64,000 nt of DNA, taken from an uncultured Rhodospirillales bacterium (GTDB taxonomy: Bacteria > Pseudomonadota > Alphaproteobacteria > Rhodospirillales > JAPHRK01). The position numbers were made by a program, and so were the translations under genes. Location: the NCBI GenBank assembly GCA_965368335.1, contig CBDUMN010000001.1, forward strand, positions 5,219-69,218. The letters are read 5' to 3'. Of the stretch, positions 63,174-64,000 are shown in pieces; the first letter of the stretch is position 1, and the number at the start of each line of letters is the position of its first letter. The notes beneath the pieces were generated by a model. The model did not search any database. It was not told where the DNA came from and saw only the letters and a program-made list of their open reading frames with translations.

Positions 63174-63348
63174 CTGGTACTCAAACCCCCTGGCCCAGGT
63201 AGAATGGTTTTCCAACTTTTAAATTCAATTGGGTGGTTGCGGCTTCTCTCGGCGCAACAGGCGGCCTATGTAGCATCCTTTTTTCGCCGCGTCACGCGCG
63301 GAAATGCAACATTTCTTCACCCTTTGAGGGGGTATTATGCAACATTTT

Positions 63349-64000
63349 TTACAATGGCGCGCCCATTAAAGAGCGGGTCAAACGATCCCATTCATCCTGT
63401 CCGCCCGGCAAGCCGAAACGCAGTCTATGGGGGCGCTCTTCAAAGGGACGGACGAGAATGCCGTCGCGCCCAAGATGCTCAAAGACCTGCCCGGCCTTCG
63501 GCGTCTCCACCAAAACGAAAAGATCGGTACCGCCAACCAGATCAAACCCACGGCTTTCCAGCAACCGGCAAAGGCTCCGCCCCGCTTCACTCAGGCGGTT
63601 CCTTGTCGCCTCAATCCAGGATCGGTCTTGAAAAGCCCTCTCCCCCAGGGCGATAGCCGGACCACTGACCGCCCAGGGGCCGAGGCGCGCCGCCAGGGTT
63701 TCGATCAAAGGTTTCTCTCCTGCGGCAAAGCCCAGACGCACCCCGGCAAGCCCAAAAAACTTACCGAACGAGCGCAAAAGCAGCAGCCCCGGCATTCCAG
63801 CCAAATTGGCGACATCGGCCTCCGGCGCAACATCGGCGAATGCCCCATCAACAATCAGAAGGCCGCCTTTGGCCGCCATCTCCCGGGCTGTTTCCTTGAG
63901 TTTTTTCTTGCCACTGATCCGGCCATCGGGATTATTGGGCTCAACGATTACCACCACCTCGCCCATCGACACGGCTTCCGACAGGGTCGGCGTTTCTGTC
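63349..64000 (-). CDS. Class I/II aminotransferase family protein (CobD / histidinol-phosphate aminotransferase-like), 5' end outside the window
   Basis: The motif EPNNPDG and the following fold-type I sequence are present. The frame stays open to the window edge, so the gene is partial. Confidence 0.7.
   Translation of the reverse strand, partial: TETPTLSEAVSMGEVVVIVEPNNPDGRISGKKKLKETAREMAAKGGLLIVDGAFADVAPEADVANLAGMPGLLLLRSFGKFFGLAGVRLGFAAGEKPLIETLAARLGPWAVSGPAIALGERAFQDRSWIEATRNRLSEAGRSLCRLLESRGFDLVGGTDLFVLVETPKAGQVFEHLGRDGILVRPFEERPHRLRFGLPGGQDEWDRLTRSLMGAPL

Overview
The window reads as ordinary alphaproteobacterial chromosome. mipZ, DUF1489, a clpS-clpA pair and a SPOR-tagged DD-carboxypeptidase support that assignment. 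It is densely coded with about 60 CDS and one tRNA-Leu(GAG). I found no rRNA, CRISPR array, transposase, integrase or phage genes. Main blocks, in order: (1) feoABC iron uptake. (2) An AT-rich islet holding a lipoprotein gene and a 127-bp imperfect palindrome. (3) A quinone oxidoreductase, RidA and a three-gene lipoprotein operon of unknown function. (4) A DUF482 gene and a TAXI-TRAP transporter. (5) clpS-clpA and a phasin. (6) A long minus-strand array: NapC/NirT-like cytochrome, cytoplasmic molybdopterin oxidoreductase, mipZ, a VWA protein, a membrane J-protein, galU, ugd and pgm. (7) A GH114-like secreted protein and an acyl-CoA synthetase. (8) Two FliL-like paralogues. (9) A roughly 14-kb co-directional array for leucine and branched-chain acyl-CoA catabolism (ivd ... 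mccB, mccA, HMG-CoA lyase ... pccB). It is preceded by a perfect 16-bp palindrome, ACGTTTACGTAAACGT, that occurs three times in the window and is best explained as the operator of the MerR-family LiuR encoded at 54733-55119. (10) An RND efflux pump with its TetR repressor. (11) mgtE, maeB, tRNA-Leu, lipB, pccA and a truncated aminotransferase. I do not see a clear-cut novel defence or mobile system. The best leads for follow-up are the mipZ gene translationally coupled to an uncharacterised cytoplasmic molybdoenzyme next to an orphan NapC/NirT cytochrome, the J-domain/VWA pair, the lipoprotein operon, the FliL-like pair, the structured AT-rich intergenic palindrome, and the extended LiuR regulon, including an AT-rich gene embedded in the liu array. 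All functional calls rest on motif and family recognition by eye. No database search was run.
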